Shown here one piece after another: positions 21,778 through 31,926 of a stretch of 64,000 bases of DNA. Origin of the DNA: Spirochaetaceae bacterium (GTDB lineage Bacteria > Spirochaetota > Spirochaetia > DSM-2461); contig JAOPTT010000003.1 of assembly GCA_051531975.1 (NCBI GenBank), positions 1 through 64,000 on the forward strand, in the 5' to 3' direction. Position 1 is the first letter of the stretch, and every line of letters begins with the position of its first letter. The position numbers and the translations under genes were made by a program. The notes under the pieces are model-generated. The model did no database searches and was not told where the DNA came from. It worked only from the letters and a program-made list of their open reading frames with translations.

Positions 21778-23082
21778 CTACAAATTCATAGATTTTATTA
21801 TTTTCTTAATCTCTTCTCTAGCGATATTCAGACCTAAATTACCTGTTGATCCTGTATGAGTCCTACTTTTAATAGATTCCACCGCATCTCTTTGTCCAAG
21901 TTTGTCTACATTTAAACCAACCTCAACATATGCATCTCTAAAAGATGCACCACCTGCAACTAATTCTAATGCAGCGTCGGTAGCATATATTTCTGGAGTA
22001 AAACCTGCGAGACATTTATCTACGTTAACTTTTAGGTTTTTAATAGAAAGCTCCATTACTCTTATTGATAATAAAGCAGTTTTACAACCTCTTAAAAATG
22101 GTTCTTTTGTATCTTGAAAATCTCTGTTATATCCACTTGGTAGAGATCGAATAATACTCTTAACCTGGAATGCACAAGAGGATACTATAGCAGATTTACT
22201 TCTTAGAAGTTCAAATCCATCTGGGTTCTTCTTTTGTGGCATTATACTCGAACCACTACATAACTCTTTTGGTAGGGAGAAATAATCAAACTCTGGTAAT
22301 GAGAATAGTATTAAATCCTGTGCCATTTTACTTAATGTCAGAGTTATCTGATCTAGAGCATCAAGAATCATTGATTCAAATTTACCCCTGGAGTTATTAA
22401 CATAAAGGACGTTGTTTTGTACTTTTTTAAAACCTAAAATCTCCCCAGTTAACTCTCTATTTAATGGAAGAGGAACTCCATAACTAGCGGCAGAGCCTAG
22501 CGGATTTTGGTTTATTATATTATATACAGACTCTAAAAGCTTAATACAATCAATGAGTTCTTCGGCATATGCTCCTGTCCAAAGTCCAATTGAAGATGGC
22601 ATTGCTGTTTGCATGTGTGTTCGACCAACCATTGGTACATTAGCATTCTTTTCAGCCATATCTAACATAGAGGATACTAGCTTAACAGCACTACTAATAC
22701 TCTTTTCAATAAATGATTTAGAGTATAAACGTGTAGCAGTAATAACTTGGTCATTTCTACTTCGTCCAGTATGTATCTTTTTACCAACTTCACCTAATCG
22801 ATCTGTTAAACGCGCTTCTATAGCGGTATGACAGTCCTCATCGGATCTATTTATAACAAAATTATTACTTCTAACATCTATTATGATATTATCTAGTTCT
22901 TCAGCTAATTTTGTATATTCATCTGCTGTTAAAATACCAATAGTAGAGAGCATTTTCCCATGTGCTTTACTAGCTATGCAATCAAATTCAATTAAATCTA
23001 AATCTAGTATGTAGTCATTACCAACTGTAAACTCCTCTATTAGAGAGTCTAATTCATAATCTTTTGCCCATATCTTGCTCAT
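21778..23082 (-). CDS. argH: Argininosuccinate lyase
   Basis: HTGRSRNDQ, GRTHMQTA, GSSIMPQKKNPD and YNRDFQ. Confidence 0.95.
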   Translation of the reverse strand: MSKIWAKDYELDSLIEEFTVGNDYILDLDLIEFDCIASKAHGKMLSTIGILTADEYTKLAEELDNIIIDVRSNNFVINRSDEDCHTAIEARLTDRLGEVGKKIHTGRSRNDQVITATRLYSKSFIEKSISSAVKLVSSMLDMAEKNANVPMVGRTHMQTAMPSSIGLWTGAYAEELIDCIKLLESVYNIINQNPLGSAASYGVPLPLNRELTGEILGFKKVQNNVLYVNNSRGKFESMILDALDQITLTLSKMAQDLILFSLPEFDYFSLPKELCSGSSIMPQKKNPDGFELLRSKSAIVSSCAFQVKSIIRSLPSGYNRDFQDTKEPFLRGCKTALLSIRVMELSIKNLKVNVDKCLAGFTPEIYATDAALELVAGGASFRDAYVEVGLNVDKLGQRDAVESIKSRTHTGSTGNLGLNIAREEIKKIIKSMNL

Positions 23083-23172
23083 ATTTACCTCTTATTATTA
23101 AAATACTATATTAAATTTTTAGAATATCTTATAGCCCCTATAAATAAAAACTTTTTTTAGATTACAAAAAGC

Positions 23173-23201
23173 TTGAACATAGTTTTTCATAGGTTTACTA
23201 T
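23173..23201 (+). promoter_or_regulatory. Sigma70-type promoter placed for a leaderless transcript
   Basis: TTGAAC-17 bp-TACTAT, then 5 nt to ATG 23207 with no SD. Confidence 0.55.
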
Positions 23202-23206
23202 GAACT

Positions 23207-24754
23207 ATGGAATCAGAAATTGATTACGAGAAGTACTTACTTGCGGTCGAAAAACAATCTAGAGTATTTTTTGTATTATTAGGGCATATAACAGATAAAG
23301 GTGCTGAGGCCGAATACTCTCAGTTATTTCTTGCAAGATTAAACGTTGAAGCTGGACATTTAGAAGATTTCCTAGATTATTATGGATGTCTACATAATAA
23401 ACAGTGGTTTCCCGTTAGAGAGGCCGTTGCAGTTGTAAAATCCTTCTCAGGTAGTTGTTTCAAATGTACAAGATTAATAGAGCAACTTCCTAAAAATAAA
23501 ATTCTTGATTCCGAAATTGATTTCAAAAATGATATAAAACAAGCATATAACCTACTAAGAAAAACCTTACATAACTGCAGTTTAAATGCCATTGCACAAT
23601 TTAAGAAAGTAGGAATAAGCCTGAAAGTTTGCCCAATTGATTGTTCATTTTATAACGATTATCCAGATTTAGGTGTCATTGAAAGAAATAGAAAAAAGAG
23701 GTCTATAAAAGCTGCTGAACATGCGGCGGTGTCATTAGCCACAGACTTTTTAAATATAGCGGAAGATTTTGGACAGCTTAAAAAAATAGTAAAAACAAAA
23801 AAATCTGATTATCTAGGTATGATTCCTGAAGTTTTTGATGAATCCAAATTAATGGATTTTGAAAATAGATTCCATAGCCTACAATCCCTATTTGATACTT
23901 ATTTATCAGAGTCTTTAAAACTAAATTCAGATCGTACACTACCTGGTTTAAAAAGTTATATTTCAGTTATTTACCACTTATTAGATATTGGAACAAAATG
24001 TTCCCATTATATTGAGCGACATGCTTGTTTTTTTAAACCTTCACTTTTTAACAATACAATTCAGCCAATATCTGAACTTAAGTTAGTTACATTAATAATA
24101 GATACTTTTATTGCCAATGCTTTAAGCTTATCTGCAAAGGCAAAAAGGTTGTGTAAAGAGACTCTTCTTAATTACGAAAAAAGAGGTAAAATTAAAGTTA
24201 ACATTCCTAACTATAGAGGTTTCCATGTAAGACCATCTACTCTCATATCTAAAATTGTTATGCACTATGGGACCCAGATTAAAATGATTATGGATGATAA
24301 AACATATAATGCGGCCATACCTTTAGAGCTTTTTAGAGCTAACGAAGTTATTAACGCACAGAAACGTTTTATGATTAATAGAGTTGTTAATGAGATGGCA
24401 TTTATCAGGAAGAAAAACGAAATTCAATTAGACTCTGTTAAATTAAAAGCTGCCCTAAGAGCAGTTTACATTGATCTTATGGAGAATGAAGATATAACTC
24501 TTTACAATAAATCCTTCAGTTTTGAGGATCTACCACCAATACATGCAGAAAAGATATCATCCTATGCAAAAAGAGCTATAACACATCACCTAGCTACAGG
24601 TACTTTAGATATCAAGTCTGACCAATTTGTCTGCTTTGAAGGTGATGTTAGAGTATTAGAAGATATTAAAATCCTTGCAGAGAATGGCTATGGAGAGGAT
24701 AAGTTTGGAAACAACATTGTACTGCCTAAAGACCTATCTTACCTAAGACGATGA
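23207..24754 (+). CDS. Large HPr-domain-containing protein (515 aa)
   Basis: RGFHVRPSTLISKIV matches the HPr His15 motif G(L/F)HxRP; the ~320-aa N-terminal region is unrecognised. Confidence 0.75.
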   Translation: MESEIDYEKYLLAVEKQSRVFFVLLGHITDKGAEAEYSQLFLARLNVEAGHLEDFLDYYGCLHNKQWFPVREAVAVVKSFSGSCFKCTRLIEQLPKNKILDSEIDFKNDIKQAYNLLRKTLHNCSLNAIAQFKKVGISLKVCPIDCSFYNDYPDLGVIERNRKKRSIKAAEHAAVSLATDFLNIAEDFGQLKKIVKTKKSDYLGMIPEVFDESKLMDFENRFHSLQSLFDTYLSESLKLNSDRTLPGLKSYISVIYHLLDIGTKCSHYIERHACFFKPSLFNNTIQPISELKLVTLIIDTFIANALSLSAKAKRLCKETLLNYEKRGKIKVNIPNYRGFHVRPSTLISKIVMHYGTQIKMIMDDKTYNAAIPLELFRANEVINAQKRFMINRVVNEMAFIRKKNEIQLDSVKLKAALRAVYIDLMENEDITLYNKSFSFEDLPPIHAEKISSYAKRAITHHLATGTLDIKSDQFVCFEGDVRVLEDIKILAENGYGEDKFGNNIVLPKDLSYLRR

Positions 24755-25626
24755 AGCCAGCGTTTTTAACAATCTGCCTAAACCCTGTAATCCAAAAAAC
24801 TCTTCAATTATCATCATTTAATAGTGGAGAAGTAAATAGAACCAATACATATAGAACAGACGCGTCTGGTAAGGGTGTTAATGTAACTAGGGTACTAGCT
24901 CAATTAGGAGCAGATGTAAACCATTTAACTCATATAGGTGGCAGTGATAAAAGTAAATTTATCAATCTAATAGCTCAAGATAATATGAATATAACAACAG
25001 TAGATTCTAAAAGTGAAATAAGAATGTGTTATACCATTTTAAATAGAGAAAATAGTACTACCACAGAGATTGTAGAAGAGGCAAAAACTGTTGATTCAAA
25101 ATGCGAAGCTAAACTCCTGCGCCAATTTCGACGTATTTTAGCAATATATGATTATGTAATTATATCCGGAACTAAAGCAGATGGGTACAGTTCGAAGGTA
25201 ATACCTTCCATCGTACAAGAGGCAAAAGCAGCTAATAAAAAGGTTATTTTAGATATTAAAGGCGAAGATTTAATTAACAGTCTAGAATACAAACCAGATA
25301 TAATAAAACCTAACCTAGAAGAGTTTATTAGTACATTTGGACAGACAGATGTTAATGATAAGATTCGTGATCTTGCAAAACAGGGAATAACAACCATAAT
25401 TACGGATGGTATAAATCCTATTAAATTCTGGAATGGAAAAGATGTTACAGATAAAAATATAACTTTGGAAAAAAATCCATTAAATACTACTGGCTGTGGG
25501 GACTCTTTTACTGCAGGTCTAGTTTATGCACTATCTAAAGGATCAGACATGACAGATTCGATTACAGAAGCCCAGATGTGTGGTAGACTAAATGCTATAA
25601 ACCTTGCACCAGGAGTAATCAAATAG
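24751..25626 (+). CDS. PfkB / 1-phosphofructokinase family sugar kinase
   Basis: SGKGVNV, IIKPNLEE and NTTGCGDSFTAG; ATGA overlap with the upstream gene. Confidence 0.9.
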   Translation: MKPAFLTICLNPVIQKTLQLSSFNSGEVNRTNTYRTDASGKGVNVTRVLAQLGADVNHLTHIGGSDKSKFINLIAQDNMNITTVDSKSEIRMCYTILNRENSTTTEIVEEAKTVDSKCEAKLLRQFRRILAIYDYVIISGTKADGYSSKVIPSIVQEAKAANKKVILDIKGEDLINSLEYKPDIIKPNLEEFISTFGQTDVNDKIRDLAKQGITTIITDGINPIKFWNGKDVTDKNITLEKNPLNTTGCGDSFTAGLVYALSKGSDMTDSITEAQMCGRLNAINLAPGVIK

Positions 25627-26045
25627 TGGCGACAATCCAAAAAGAGATTACAATAAGTGCAAAAAAAAGAGGCTTCCATTTAGTAACCGAAGAAGTATTA
25701 CAACAACTACCTGAATTATTAGAATTAAAAGCTGGTATATTAGTACTAAATTTACTTCATACCTCTGCATCCATTAGTTTGAATGAGTGTGCTGATCCAG
25801 AAGTGAGAATAGATATGGAGAGGTTTTTTAATAAAAATGTCCCAGATGATACCACGTATTTTATTCATACCTACGAAGGTGACGATGACATGCCTGCCCA
25901 TATAAAATCTATGATAATTGGAACCAGCTTAACAATAGCAGTAACAGATGGCAAATTAGTTATGGGGACATGGCAGGGAATCTATTTTGGTGAACACAGG
26001 AACCTCGGAGGACGAAGACGATTAATTGCTACAATAATGGGCTAA
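25626..26045 (+). CDS. yjbQ: YjbQ (UPF0047) family protein
   Basis: HTSASISLNE, HTYEGDDDMPAHIKS and GTWQGIYFGEHR. Confidence 0.92.
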   Translation: MATIQKEITISAKKRGFHLVTEEVLQQLPELLELKAGILVLNLLHTSASISLNECADPEVRIDMERFFNKNVPDDTTYFIHTYEGDDDMPAHIKSMIIGTSLTIAVTDGKLVMGTWQGIYFGEHRNLGGRRRLIATIMG

Positions 26046-26494
26046 TTATTGGTAAATTTATGCCACTTCATACAGGGCACTTAAATCTGATATCCTATGG
26101 ACTACAACACTGCAAAAAAATCACAATTTTATTAGTTGTTACAAAAAACGACCCGATAGAACCGGAATTAAGATACTCATGGTTATATGAGAATTATAAA
26201 AACACACCTGAAATATCCATAGAGGTTACTGATAGGAAAAGTATAGATGCACTACCTAGCGAACAGAGAACTGAAGCATGGTGTAAATTTATAAAATCAG
26301 ATTTTCCAGCTATAGACTGCATAATATCCTCAGAAACCTATGGAGACATCCTGGCAGACTATTTAAATATTACACATCTAAAATTTGACCATAAAAGAGA
26401 AATAACACCTATAAGTGCCTCAGAAATCAGAGAGAATTATGAAAAACATATTCACTATTTACCTGAACATGTTAAAACTTTTTTTAACAGCTAA
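26021..26494 (+). CDS. NadR-like HIGH-family nucleotidyltransferase (adenylyltransferase domain only)
   Basis: Frame reads GLIIGKFMPLHTGH (HxGH), SSETYG and PISASEIR. First ATG is 26060 but the conserved beta-strand lies upstream; ATT 26021 proposed as start (uncertain). Confidence 0.75.
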   Translation: MNCYNNGLIIGKFMPLHTGHLNLISYGLQHCKKITILLVVTKNDPIEPELRYSWLYENYKNTPEISIEVTDRKSIDALPSEQRTEAWCKFIKSDFPAIDCIISSETYGDILADYLNITHLKFDHKREITPISASEIRENYEKHIHYLPEHVKTFFNS

Positions 26495-26495
26495 A

Positions 26496-28313
26496 TTAAC
26501 ACGTTATGAATGTCACAAGCCCTGCTGGAATATCTATTTTTTTAACCTTTAGATTAACATTATCATTAAGTTCCAACTCCTTAGGAACTTGAACAAGACA
26601 TTCTAAGGCTAGATCTTGAATAATAAACATTCCGTTGTTTTTATCCTTCTTCTCAACATAAGTTCCTTGGAATACAACATCTTTATTACGGTCTAAATAT
26701 ACAAGTTTCCAGTGTAAATTTGATGCTCTTTCACATAAAGAAAGTTTCCTAGAGGACTCAACTGCAGGTGCAACCCTTAATAATAGGTCTTCTTCTTCTA
26801 ATGTATCTTCTCCTAATAAAAATGCCCGGATCTGCTGGTTAACAACTAGGTCAGAATAACGTCTAAGTGGACTTGTAGCCCTTGTATAAAGTTCAAACCC
26901 TAAACCAGAATGAGGACTTGGACTAAACTTAGTCTCCCCTCTTTTAAACTTTCTTCGCCATGTGAACATAGATGCCAAGTCTGGTTCTGGAAAACCTTTA
27001 GCATCTGGAGCTTGCTGACTGGCATAAGGTATAGAGATATTATTCTCTGAACAAAAAATTGCAGCTGTTTCGCCAGCTAACAACATAAATTCACTGACAA
27101 CATTTCGACTATTAACACCATGTATAGGTTTTATTGAAATTTCTCCAGACTTATCAACTCTGATTTTTACCTCAGGTAATTCTATTGAGATAGCCCCAGC
27201 AGCCTCTCTTCTCTTCTTAAGTTTTTCTGATATTTTGTAAAATGGCTCAAATTTAGAACTATCTTTAGAATCTTCAACTTCCTGATATGTTAATCTTGTT
27301 ACTTTAACACGGGTTAACAGAACATCTCTCTCTACAATATTAAAGTCTGAATCAAATTGTACCATAAAAGATAGAGTATTATTTCCATCGTTTAAACCTA
27401 ATGCCTGAATATCTGTAACTTCAGGAGGTAACATATGAACTGTCTGACTTGGAAGGTATAAATTAGAACCTTTAGCCGATGCATCAGCATCCCCATTAGA
27501 ATGTGGTTTAACTAGGGATGCAACATCTGTGATATGAATCCATAACTTGTCACCGTCTAGAGATATAGCATCGTCTGGGTCCCTACTTCCTTGGTCATCT
27601 ATTGCATATGATTCTAGATGGGTTAAATCTACAGGGTTAGTAGATTCTAAATAATCATCGTTTTTGACTGTTGATTTAAGGGATACTGCCATTCGACCTG
27701 GATGTGGATTTTTATCTAAACTCCAATAATTTAGTCTTAAAAGAAACCTATGTGCATCTATTGGTGTCTCTTTAACTTTTAAGGTTTTAAGTATTTTACT
27801 ATTTGTCCTCTGCTCTAGGGCCAAAGACTCAATTTCCCTTAAAGCTGCTTCATCTTCTGGTATCCAATTACCTTTTGACAATCTAGATATAGACTCATCG
27901 AATTCTAAGGCTTTAGATAATTTAAGCTTCTGCTTTAGAAGTTCAGCATCTATAACATCCTGTGTATTACAAGTTATAGAGTCTATTTCACCAATAAAAT
28001 ATCGTTGTTCTTGTAGGATTTTGTAAGCATTATATGTCGCTTCTACAGAATCCTCTTCGAATAGATACTCCGATAATTCTGAAAGAGTAATTTCTTCACC
28101 TTCCAAAAGAGTCCAAATTTCTTGGATATCACACTTAAGATCTGAAAAATTAAGAGATTTTGTTGGCCCAGAATGAATAACTAAAATATCCTTATCTCGA
28201 ACCTTTTTACTCTCTCCAGAGGTAAGTTTTATATCAATTTTTTTTCCTGTTTCTGTTACAATTACAGGCTGGCCTTTATAGATGGCAAGACAATCTTTTT
28301 TAGGGTTTTCCAC
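26496..28313 (-). CDS. RNB-domain exoribonuclease (RNase II family)
   Basis: AIDDQGSRDPDDAIS catalytic motif and HSGLG...YTRATSPLRRYSDL. Confidence 0.92.
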   Translation of the reverse strand: MENPKKDCLAIYKGQPVIVTETGKKIDIKLTSGESKKVRDKDILVIHSGPTKSLNFSDLKCDIQEIWTLLEGEEITLSELSEYLFEEDSVEATYNAYKILQEQRYFIGEIDSITCNTQDVIDAELLKQKLKLSKALEFDESISRLSKGNWIPEDEAALREIESLALEQRTNSKILKTLKVKETPIDAHRFLLRLNYWSLDKNPHPGRMAVSLKSTVKNDDYLESTNPVDLTHLESYAIDDQGSRDPDDAISLDGDKLWIHITDVASLVKPHSNGDADASAKGSNLYLPSQTVHMLPPEVTDIQALGLNDGNNTLSFMVQFDSDFNIVERDVLLTRVKVTRLTYQEVEDSKDSSKFEPFYKISEKLKKRREAAGAISIELPEVKIRVDKSGEISIKPIHGVNSRNVVSEFMLLAGETAAIFCSENNISIPYASQQAPDAKGFPEPDLASMFTWRRKFKRGETKFSPSPHSGLGFELYTRATSPLRRYSDLVVNQQIRAFLLGEDTLEEEDLLLRVAPAVESSRKLSLCERASNLHWKLVYLDRNKDVVFQGTYVEKKDKNNGMFIIQDLALECLVQVPKELELNDNVNLKVKKIDIPAGLVTFITC

Positions 28314-28314
28314 T

Positions 28315-28989
28315 TTAACTATCCAATAATCCTATTTTTGTTGCAAATCTAAAAAGCCCAACAGAGTTATGAACCTCTAGTTTTCCCATTATTTTACTTT
28401 TATGATTATCAACTGTTTTAGAGCTAATATAAAGCTCTTTACCAATCTGCTTAGATGTAAGCCCATTTACGAGCAGTCTAAATATCTGCTGCTCCCTATC
28501 GGTTAAAGAGTCGTACCTATGATTTTCTTCTACTGATGATGATGTTGAAGTTTTATCTGATAACATTCTATTAACTAATATTTCTGACATTTTAGAACCA
28601 AGATATACTCCACCTTTGGCAACAACGGAGATACCCGATAAAACCACATCTGTTTCTGAACCCTTAACAACAAAACCGTTAGCTCCTGCAACAAATGCCT
28701 TCCGGAGATATTCATAATCTTCGTACATGCTCAGAACTAATATACCAACATCTTCCTTTATATCTCTAAAGGGTTGTATAAGGTCCAATCCTGATTCAGC
28801 ACCTAAGTTTATATCAAGAACCACAACATCAGGTCTATACTGGTTAAATTCACTAAGAGATTCACTTATGTCACTGGCCTCAGCTACTACAGAAAAATTA
28901 TTGTTAACTTTAATAACTTCTCGTAAACCAGCCCTTAAGAATGGGTGATCGTCGACCAACATTACATTACACTTTTTCATTTGCTTCAA
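28315..28989 (-). CDS. NarL/FixJ-family response regulator (REC + LuxR HTH)
   Basis: LVDDH, VVLDI and LTDREQQI...ISSKTVDNHKSKIMGKL. Start may be 28980. Confidence 0.93.
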   Translation of the reverse strand: MKQMKKCNVMLVDDHPFLRAGLREVIKVNNNFSVVAEASDISESLSEFNQYRPDVVVLDINLGAESGLDLIQPFRDIKEDVGILVLSMYEDYEYLRKAFVAGANGFVVKGSETDVVLSGISVVAKGGVYLGSKMSEILVNRMLSDKTSTSSSVEENHRYDSLTDREQQIFRLLVNGLTSKQIGKELYISSKTVDNHKSKIMGKLEVHNSVGLFRFATKIGLLDS

Positions 28990-30196
28990 CAGGAACTTTA
29001 ATAAGTATTTTAGTCCCTTCTCCTTTGTCAGTATTTATTATAAGTTCTCCACCTAAAAGAGATACACGCTCCTTTATACCAGGAAGCCCTAACTTATTTC
29101 GACCTTTAGCCTTCATCTCAGATTTTACGTATTTAAAACCAACACCATCATCTTCAATTTTTAAAAGTAGGTATGGGTATGTGTAGATAAGTTTAACATC
29201 TATATGCTCAGCATGGGCATGTTTTGCAGTATTATTTAAAGTCTCTTGTAAAATCCGGTAGAGGTTGATACTAACAGTTTCATCAATATTTTTATTATTT
29301 AATCCCATAGCTTTAAATGCTATTGGAGTATCTATCTTTATTGAAAAGTTATCTATATAACTCTGGATAGCACTGTCTATACCAATAGCTTGCAAAGCTG
29401 GAGGTCTTAAGGAGTAAGAGAGATCTCTAACCTCTTTAATAGAAGCATCTAACAAAGTGACTGATTTATCGAAGGATGATGTAAGACCTTCATCGTTAGT
29501 GGCACCTGCTATTTCGTTAATAATCATTCGACATGCAAACATATCCTGTGCAACTTTATCGTGGAGCTCTAAAGATATTCTTAAACGCTCCTGTTCCTGG
29601 CCTTGAATCAGAGCATTTCTAACACTCATAATTCCAGAACCTCCACTTTCTTTGTTATTGATTAAGAAAAATACTGCAATAAGAAGAGATACTGAGACAA
29701 AGAGATGAATACTTAAAATAATAATATAAAATGTCCTCCAACTATTTTCTAAAGAGTGAAGGTTAGCACTAATAACATCAGCTTTAATAATAACTTTATA
29801 AAAAGCATCTCTGGCTTCTTTTGCAGTTACAGCTTTATCCATAAGAAAGAAGTCTGTAAACAATCCCCACTGCTCTTCTAATATGTTTATGGAGATATCG
29901 TACTCTTTGTTTATTTGACGATAAAAAGATAAGATTGTTGAGTCTTTAGAAATATAAAAACTAATATCTAATTCATTTACCAGTTTATTTACATCTTTGG
30001 ATCTATATTCTTTTGAATCAAATATTGAAGAAGTAATAAGGAACTGATTATTTTTTAGTTGGCTTTGGAATAGCTGAAAACCAATATAGTCCTCATCTAG
30101 AGAATCTTTTACTGTTGTACTAATAGCTAATAGAGAAAATAAAATAACTCCAAATACTAAAATGATGATTCTAATTTTTTTTAAATTTTTGCTCAT
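28967..30196 (-). CDS. Membrane sensor histidine kinase (HisKA_3 / NarX-like)
   Basis: Two TM segments, ERLRISLELHD, QETLNNTAKHA, DDGVGF and LGLPGIKER. Confidence 0.92.
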   Translation of the reverse strand: MSKNLKKIRIIILVFGVILFSLLAISTTVKDSLDEDYIGFQLFQSQLKNNQFLITSSIFDSKEYRSKDVNKLVNELDISFYISKDSTILSFYRQINKEYDISINILEEQWGLFTDFFLMDKAVTAKEARDAFYKVIIKADVISANLHSLENSWRTFYIIILSIHLFVSVSLLIAVFFLINNKESGGSGIMSVRNALIQGQEQERLRISLELHDKVAQDMFACRMIINEIAGATNDEGLTSSFDKSVTLLDASIKEVRDLSYSLRPPALQAIGIDSAIQSYIDNFSIKIDTPIAFKAMGLNNKNIDETVSINLYRILQETLNNTAKHAHAEHIDVKLIYTYPYLLLKIEDDGVGFKYVKSEMKAKGRNKLGLPGIKERVSLLGGELIINTDKGEGTKILIKVPVEANEKV

Positions 30197-30212
30197 TAAA
30201 GCTCCATTATTA

Positions 30213-30245
30213 TTGCATCTTTTACTATACGGATGTATAGTAAAA
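30213..30245 (+). promoter_or_regulatory. umuDC promoter overlapped by a perfect palindromic operator
   Basis: TTGCAT-17-TATAGT; inverted repeat TTTTACTATAC-GGAT-GTATAGTAAAA at 30220-30245. Confidence 0.7.
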
Positions 30246-30247
30246 AT

Positions 30248-30667
30248 ATGATTCCATTACTGAATACCCCTATAAACGCAGGATTTCCATCACCAGCAAA
30301 TGACTACATTGAGTCTGAGTTAGATTTTAATACCTATCTTATAAAAAATAGATCAGCGACCTACGCTCTTAAAGTACAAGGAGACTCTATGATAAACGCA
30401 GGAATATTCCCAGGGGATATTCTAATCGTCGATAGATCTATGACCCCTAAATCTAATGATATTATTATAGCATCAATAGATAAAGAATTTACAGTAAAAA
30501 GGTTTATAAAAAATAGTAAAGGCTTTTTTTTATACCCTGAAAACCAAGATTACCCAATCATAGAACTAAACAGAGAGGAAGATTTTACCATGTGGGGGGT
30601 GGTCACTTATACAATCCATAACTTTTTTCGTCAGGGAGGAAGTTATGATAGCACTAATAGATTGTAA
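30248..30667 (+). CDS. umuD: UmuD, S24 peptidase subunit of DNA polymerase V
   Basis: AGFPSPA cleavage motif, GDSM (Ser) and FTVKR (Lys). Start moved from 30233, which lies inside the promoter, to ATG 30248. Confidence 0.92.
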   Translation: MIPLLNTPINAGFPSPANDYIESELDFNTYLIKNRSATYALKVQGDSMINAGIFPGDILIVDRSMTPKSNDIIIASIDKEFTVKRFIKNSKGFFLYPENQDYPIIELNREEDFTMWGVVTYTIHNFFRQGGSYDSTNRL

Positions 30668-31886
30668 TAGTTTTTACGCTTCCTGCGAAAGAGTATTTAG
30701 ACCAGACCTAAAAGGGCGTCCAATTGTAGTACTTTCTAATAACGACGGCTGTATTGTTGCAATGAGTTCCGAGGCTAAAAAATTAGAAATCCCTAGAGGA
30801 ACCCCTCTTTTTAAGTTAAAAGAACTCTTTAGAAAAAAGAAGGTTAAGGTATTTTCTTCAAACTATACTCTGTACGGGGATTTGTCAAAAAGAATAATGA
30901 ATATAATTATGGATTCCAGTGACTCTGTAGAGGTCTACTCTATTGATGAAGCATTTGCAGATTGGGACTTTTCTGATCCTATTGAACAAGCGGTAGACCT
31001 TAGAAAAAGAATATTAAAATGGGTTGGTATGCCTGTATCTATAGGATTAGCCCAGACAAAAACCCTAGCAAAAGTAGCAAACCACATTGGTAAAAAAAAC
31101 AGTAGTGGAATATTTTGGTTAAGGGAAGAAATAAGAGAGTCTGTATTAAAAGATACCCCTATAGAAGATATCTGGGGAATAGGTAGACAAAAAGCACTAC
31201 TTTTGAGAAGTAGAAATGTATATACCGCATACGATTTTATACAACTAGAAGATTGGTGGATTAAAAAACATATGAGTATTGTAGGCCTTAGAACTAAGTG
31301 GGAATTAGAAGGGATAAATTTCATAAATATGGAGGAGGAGGTTAAAGAGAATAGAGCTATTATTAGCTCTAAAAGCTTTGGAACTCCAGCCACAGAACTT
31401 GAGGACCTAATAGAGGCTACAAAAAATTATGTACAAGATGCTTTTCACAAGATGATAAGGCAGAAACTTAAAGCAAAAAAAATTACGTTTTATTTAACAA
31501 CAAACTATTTTAGAACAAATGATAAACAGTATAGAAACTCTATTGATATGGATCTAGAAAATTACTCAGATTATCTGCCTGACTTTATTAAAGCCGCCGA
31601 GAAGGGGATTAGGCAGATATTTAGGCCAGGTTTCAAATATAAAAAAACAAGTGTTTTACTAACGGACTTAAAACTAAACAGAGAAATTACACCTGACTTA
31701 TTCACTATAGAAGACCCGAGAAAAAGTAAAATTCAGAACAGTGTAAATGAGATAAATCTTCGATACGGGAAAGGTACAATTACCTGTACTCTAAACAGAA
31801 CCAAAAAACCTAAATGGAGGATGAAAAGAGAGTTATTGTCCCCAGAATATACAACAAATTGGGATGAGCTACCTTTAGTAAAATAA
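30645..31886 (+). CDS. umuC: UmuC, Y-family translesion DNA polymerase V subunit
   Basis: [26 protein letters not shown] and C-terminal [16 protein letters not shown]. Confidence 0.95.
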   Translation: MIALIDCNSFYASCERVFRPDLKGRPIVVLSNNDGCIVAMSSEAKKLEIPRGTPLFKLKELFRKKKVKVFSSNYTLYGDLSKRIMNIIMDSSDSVEVYSIDEAFADWDFSDPIEQAVDLRKRILKWVGMPVSIGLAQTKTLAKVANHIGKKNSSGIFWLREEIRESVLKDTPIEDIWGIGRQKALLLRSRNVYTAYDFIQLEDWWIKKHMSIVGLRTKWELEGINFINMEEEVKENRAIISSKSFGTPATELEDLIEATKNYVQDAFHKMIRQKLKAKKITFYLTTNYFRTNDKQYRNSIDMDLENYSDYLPDFIKAAEKGIRQIFRPGFKYKKTSVLLTDLKLNREITPDLFTIEDPRKSKIQNSVNEINLRYGKGTITCTLNRTKKPKWRMKRELLSPEYTTNWDELPLVK

Positions 31887-31926
31887 TCTACTTGGTAAAA
31901 TAATTCTAATATAGTATTTTATAGCT

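Noticed and set aside
30248..31886. umuDC as marker of a prophage or ICE
   Set aside because: No integrase, att repeats, phage or conjugation genes nearby; flanks look chromosomal.
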